DNA from: Mytilus trossulus
Lineage: Eukaryota
Reading direction: 5' to 3'
Length of the DNA: 64,000 nt
NCBI RefSeq assembly: GCF_036588685.1
Contig: NC_086379.1
Span: forward strand, 14,384,001-14,448,000
A model generated the notes under the pieces. The model saw only the letters and a program-made list of their open reading frames with translations. It ran no database searches and had not been told where the DNA came from. Shown here one piece after another: positions 58,538 through 64,000 of this stretch. The translations under genes and the position numbers were made by a program. The stretch's first letter is position 1; the number at the start of each line of letters is the position of its first letter.

Positions 58538-61500
58538 GTATCAGTTTAACAATATGAAAGAGGTAATGTAAGGGGGTATTCATTTTGTAATATTTTAATT
58601 GGTAGTCTTGTTTTACTATCGTATTTTTTTTTCCCATATCATATATTCTTTACATTTGATTATTTCCTTTATTATTTTGTCCTTATTTGTTTTGGCCATT
58701 GTTATCAGTTAAATATACTTTGCCAATATTTGCCTCACTGTAGCTCCCAAACCAGACCTTTTTTGTAATGTCTCACGTGGTGTGTCTATTCAATTACTGT
58801 ACTTTTATGTACGTATTTAATTATACTTTGTAGGTCCTAATTTTCATTGTAAATAAGGGAAATCTGTGTGACAGATATTTTATTAATTATTGTTTAAATG
58901 CTTTTTTATTGTTTTGTTTTTTGTGTCGAATATTATTTAAGAATATTATTATTAGGCAAGTCACATAAATTTTTTGTTCAAAGAAAAAATGGTGTATGCT
59001 GATTCAACAAAACAGCAACAAAAAATTACATGATATTCAACCAAAATTTATGATGATGTCCTGTTGAATTATTGGTACATGTTCTATAAAGTCCTTTGGT
59101 TTAAGTACGTTTTGCCAGGCAAACTACAATATCATACATATCATAATAGTTCATGTGCCTTATTATGTTGATTACAAGCAATGCTTGGTACGTTTCAAAA
59201 AATTTGGGAGTATGACTTAAATCGTTAGACACACAAAAAACTTCTTACTGCAGGCATAGGTGTTAGTTTGATACGTATCTTCAAAAAAAGGTTTAATACG
59301 TGTTTAGAAATTTTAAGCCAAACTATTTTTACATTTTGATGAATTCCTTTTGTTAAAAGTTTAAGTATTGTTTATCCATGTTCATAAACATATGTATGGT
59401 TTGCATGGTATGTTATTTTGGGTTTTTTTGTCAGTTGGTCTCTAGCGAAAAGTTGTCTCATTAGCAATCATACCATATCTTCGTTTTTATATCCCTGCTC
59501 ATCTTTTTCGTTCATTTTTTACATACTATGTTTGCTATACTATATTTAAAATGCTATACTCTTTATGTATTTCGTCTTATGATTCACGATACTTATAGAT
59601 TATCGTTGATCATCTCAACGAGCTTGATTTTCTCGCTTGAGCCGGTACGGCGAAAGCGAAAAAAGCAATTAAGTTGAGAGGACAAAAGATAATCTGTTTA
59701 TCGCTATTTTACCTACGACGACGTTGTCAATTCCATGTCAATTTTATTAGCAACGCCACGTGCCTCCTTAGTTTCTTGAGATTATTTTCCATCTCAAGCG
59801 AGTAGCATGATTTAAAACATTATCACAAAAAAAGATCAAAGGGAAAATGCACTGAAAAAGATGATAAACTTTATTTAATATCTAAATGTTAGCTAAAGTT
59901 CCAGTCACTATTGATTTCTGATCGTTTGAATATTTGCTTACAATTTTCATAAGTTTTTATAATAATGTTTTTGCAACTAAACAAAATCTTTAATCTTTGG
60001 CAAGTTTTTTCGAGGATCGTTTGAAGGAAAGATGAACTACAGATTGGTTAACGTTGCAATTAGTGGGTGTTTGGTTTTAATGAAAACAAATATAGTGTGG
60101 GGTACTTGTTTTTTTCTCTTCTCTCTGTACGTTCTATGGGTTCGTGTTGTTCAGTATTTAATTTTATCGACCGTATTTTAAAAAAATGTGGGTTTTGTGG
60201 TCGCTTTTCCTTGTGTCCAAGGTATTTCCCTTTGAATATTTTTTTTTCTAAAGTTCATTCATTTTTCCTCTTTTGCTTATCGTTTTTCCAGCAGTGATAT
60301 ATTTCATTTTTCAATTCAATGCATGAGATGTTTCACTTTCTTATCTTATTTCCTGTTTTTTTTCATGATTATTTAGTCATTTTTTTTTAAATATCGTTTA
60401 GTGAAATCATATCGAACTTTGGATTGGATTACTACACGACACAGAAATTTTATATAATATATGCTCCGATTTCAACCATCGAAATTAATAATACGCGTAG
60501 CTCGTTACATGACAAATTGAGGTCACATGTTAAATTCTGATTTAGCTTGTTGATCAAGTAGAGAACAGGGTTCGTAGTTTATAATAAATTGAACAGCAGA
60601 GCCAATCCAATCATTACTTGGTAGTAATATGATGAAGGACAAATCCCTAACTGGGCTTTTTCTATTAAAACAGACGTAATGTCAGGACGATATTCAAACA
60701 CATTCAGAATATCAGTAAAACGAAAAATTAAAGAAATAAAGGATGACTATAGTGGCGCAACAGTTGTATTGTACCAGTGCAAAGTTACTATGTTCCGGCT
60801 TACGGAGACTTAACAGTATATCCGTATATCAAATTAGCTCAAAAGTGTCAAGGAAATAATAGCGAGTAATAAGCTCGCTTAACGCTTCACAGACTCACCT
60901 TAACAGTAATATTTAAATTAAAAAGAGTAATCTGGTTAATGGATCTTACAAGTTTTAATAGAATTCTCTATGACATCACTTAGTAAAATTCGCGTTTAAG
61001 TATTGTATTACTTATTTATCATACTTTTTCTAAATCATTCGACAATATAGAACAATAAACAAAAACAGTCAACAGAAACAATCAACACTACGATTTAATT
61101 AAACTTAGAACACATTCTTGAATACATGTTTTATCATTCCATGACTGTTACGACGTTATCCATAATTTTATCAACTTAAATATTGACGTAGTCCTAAACT
61201 TTAAAAAAAAACACATTTAGGACGACTCGATTTAACAGCAAACGTCGCTGTTGGATTTGTTTTCTCCTGGGGAATAGATTTCTGGTGAAAATGCTTGTAG
61301 AAGTCACTAAATAAGAACAGATACACGTTGTTGGTCTATGAATTATGTTTGTATCGGTTAATACCACGCTTTTGAAACGTTAACGATGTTTCATAAAATT
61401 TATGTGGAATGTGTTGAACTTAAAATATGCAAGATTCAATGAAGTAGTAGCTCACCGTACACATATGCATTGCAGTCAGAATTCTGGTTTAATTTTTCCA

Positions 61501-62725
61501 TGTTAGAAAAAGCAGTGTCAAAACTTAGTGTTTTACCCAGAAAATTTCTTTTCCGATATGTTATACAAGATATAAAAAAAAACACTTTAATTCATGGAGA
61601 AAAATATTTCCACACATAAATGCTGTTGTCTCACTTTAGACTCTTTAGGATTTGTTTAACCTAATTGAAGTATATTGTTTTATATATATATTTGTATTAG
61701 AGATGGAAAACAATTTCCCCTGGTGATGACTTGCAGCTTTTATTGGCAAACTATTTGAATTGGTTGTTTGAAAAGCATAAAGGTTTGGAAAATTCAACTT
61801 TTCGATATCAAAATACTTTATGTATAGGAATGTATTGATAGGATAAAATAGTGGAGTGAAATTGATATACTCGGAATCGAATGTTGTTTAAAGTATGTTA
61901 CAGTTTATGAAGGATAGCACACAAAGAATAAATATCCACGATTTCAACAGCCCAATACAGCCATATAACAAATACAGATTGATACTTTATAGTGAACGTT
62001 GTATACAGAGTCAAAACCGTAATCTGCAATACAACATTAAAAGTCCTCGCTATAATCGACTGGTTTAACATTGATGTTACCACACTTTCAGAATACAAAA
62101 CCCTTACATTTATGAGACAGTCTTACGGACAGACACACAAAACAGAAAACGTAAAGTACCCTTCTATGGTTGGCGTTTAGGAAAACACATAATATTTTTC
62201 ACGACAACATTTTTCACGACAACATATATAACCTTTGACCTGACTATTAAGAGTTAAGATATATTTGTATATACTTGACTTGTATGTATCATAATTGAAT
62301 TCTATTTTGTCATTCAATAGGAGATGTACTTATAATATTTCCGTCTGTAAATACTATATCGTAATTTCAATTGTTTTTTTGTCATTTGATTTTCATTCTT
62401 GTTTGAATTAGATGAATGTCAAATTGTGAAGTAAACTATTATTTCCACAATTATTTCCGCACCAGTTTTAAATTAATTGTTATTTATTTCATATTGTTTG
62501 ACTCGGTGCGATGTAGAACTTATTGCCTAAATATATTCACTTGCCTATTGTTGAAACTATATGCTGCAGTTGTGATATCTCCTAGAGATGTGTGTCGTTT
62601 AGTAGCTGTCGTGGCGGTACTCATCCAACATCCATTGAACGTAATAATTTATTAGTTAATTATTCAATATATATATACTGACGTGGAAAGGAAACACATG
62701 GCCATCGAAAGCTTATTTATATAAA

Positions 62726-62822
62726 GCCCAGGTGGTCATGTGGTCTATCGGGACGGCTACAGTGCAGGCGATTTGGTGTCACGATATCGCAGTAGCATGG
62801 GTTCCAATTCCAGGCGTGGGAA
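62726..62822 (+). repeat. tRNA-derived module (A and B boxes), copy A
   Basis: TGGTCATGTGGTCTA ... GGTTCCAATTCC; tandem with copy B at a 244-bp period. Confidence 0.7.
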
Positions 62823-62969
62823 GAACAAAAAAATTGCGAAAGCAAATTTACAGGTCTAACATTGATTGGTTGATGTTTAGACGAGTTGTATATATATATA
62901 GTACGCCGCTAGATTAAAACTAACGTGGAAAAGAAACACATGGCCAGCGAAAGCTCTATTATTTGTAGA

Positions 62970-63065
62970 GCCCAGGTGGTCGTGTGGTCTAGCGGGACGG
63001 CTGCAGTGCAGGCGATTTGGTGTCAAGATATCATAGAATCATTGGTTTGAATCCCGGCGAGGGAA
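62970..63065 (+). repeat. tRNA-derived module, copy B
   Basis: TGGTCGTGTGGTCTAG ... GGTTTGAATCCC, followed by a tail ending in (TA)n. Confidence 0.7.
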
Positions 63066-63521
63066 GAACCAAAAGTTTGCGATGACAAGTTTACAGATCT
63101 ACTTTGTTGGGTTGATGTTTAGACGAGTTGTATATATATATATATATATATAAACGAGTCTAAATTGAAAACTACGTTCAAACCTATGACTGCGTTGGAT
63201 AAAAACCGCAATTTTTATACGTGTGCATGTCAAACAAATTTCGTTGTAGAAGGGTCTAAAAACAGCACAAACAACATTTTCCAAAAGACCAAAAGAGTGA
63301 AAAAGTATATTTAAACAAAACGCATTTGACTAACAGGTCGAACAACTGATGTTCTTTAACCCTGCTGACTGCCATTGGCGATAGCCAAATAAAATTGATC
63401 ACAAGTTGTAACAAAATGGATCTTAATATAAATTTAATACGTCACAGAAAAAGAAAAAAAAATTGTTAACTTGTGGACAGGATGTTGTGCCACAAACATT
63501 CGGTGTCAATATTTCTTTAGT

Positions 63522-63565
63522 ACACCATATCCGGATTTCGACAATAAATGTCTCTTCAGTGATGT
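63522..63565 (-). ncRNA. Type I minimal hammerhead ribozyme (intact core)
   Basis: Minus strand: ACAUCA-CUGAAGA-GACA(UUUAU)UGUC-GAAA-U(CCGG)A-UA^UGGUGU. Stem I 6 bp, stem II 4 bp, palindromic UCCGGA in stem III, AUA cleavage triplet. Confidence 0.85.
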
Positions 63566-63947
63566 TAGGGATCGAAACGGTATTTGGAAGGCCAAAAAAA
63601 GTACCCTCATTTTTAGAGAAAGTACCCTCATTTTTAGATTAACTCTATAATTTTTAGAGTCAATATATAGGATGAACGGATCAGATAAACCGGAGGGAAA
63701 ATATGATACATGCCCAAACAAAAAAATATAAACGAGTCTAAATTGAAAACTACGTTCAAACCTATGACTGCGTTGGATAAAAACCGCAATTTTTATACGT
63801 GTGCATGTCAAACAAATTTCGTTGTAGAAGGGTCTAAAAACAGCACAAACAACATTTTCCAAAAGACCAAAAGAGTGAAAAAGTATATTTAAACAAAACG
63901 CATTCGACTAACAGGTCGAACAACTGATGTTGTTTAACCCTGCTGAT

Positions 63948-63991
63948 ACACCATATCCGGATTTCGACAATAAATGTCTCTTCAGTGATGT
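63948..63991 (-). ncRNA. Type I minimal hammerhead ribozyme (second identical copy)
   Basis: Identical to 63522-63565, 426 bp away. Confidence 0.85.
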
Positions 63992-64000
63992 TAGGGATCG

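Larger units (their letters stand above)
48208..58936. repeat. 1.79-kb tandem segmental duplication; second copy split by the LTR element
   Basis: Copy 1 is 48208-49993; copy 2 is 49994-51384 plus 58543-58936. Only scattered substitutions; the duplicated ORFs 48349..48561 and 50135..50347 reflect this. Confidence 0.95.
63148..64000 (-). repeat. Tandem hammerhead-containing repeat (retrozyme-like), runs off the window end
   Basis: About 63150-63367 is repeated at about 63727-63946; 63521-63574 is repeated at 63947-64000. Confidence 0.75.

Noticed and set aside
62970-63065. tRNA-Sec or another functional tRNA gene
   Set aside because: The GCCC..TG.TC..GTGGTCT start resembles tRNA-Sec, but there is no closing acceptor stem or TCA anticodon arm. 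The A box fits a Leu/Ser-type origin, and the three copies are diverged repeats.

Overview
AT-rich, repeat-dense animal genomic DNA, most likely a bivalve and probably a mytilid mussel (inferred from the repeat families, not proven). One host gene spans most of the window on the minus strand: an ankyrin-repeat protein gene the ORF track largely misses. It has a candidate non-coding exon 1 at about 49.4 kb (duplicated at about 51.2 kb), an ATG exon at 40.9 kb, an N-cap exon at 39.5 kb, then 11 intact phase-0 one-repeat exons (ten of 102 nt, one of 105 nt) and one destroyed exon. Six repeat exons lie in a young, recombining array of about 1-kb units (16.3-22.9 kb). The 3' end of the gene was not resolved. 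The top finding is an intronic Penelope-like retroelement with GIY-YIG placed N-terminal to the RT (Naiad type, about 34.9-38.66 kb, + strand). Its single unshifted frame has TGA at three positions where Cys is expected, and its 3' UTR holds a well-formed SECIS hairpin (37777-37834), so it reads as a selenoprotein-encoding retrotransposon. This copy also has two ordinary nonsense lesions. Also present: two intact type I hammerhead ribozymes 426 bp apart at the right end; a second, decayed hammerhead family in the introns; a full-length BEL/Pao LTR element (5-bp TSD, empty site visible in the paralogous duplicate) inserted about 40 bp upstream of the duplicated promoter; an L1/Tx1-type LINE fragment; a pogo-like relic; a tandem HINE-like element; TTAA- and TTA-flanked MITEs; and SINE-like pieces. 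All calls are by eye; no database search or folding program was run.
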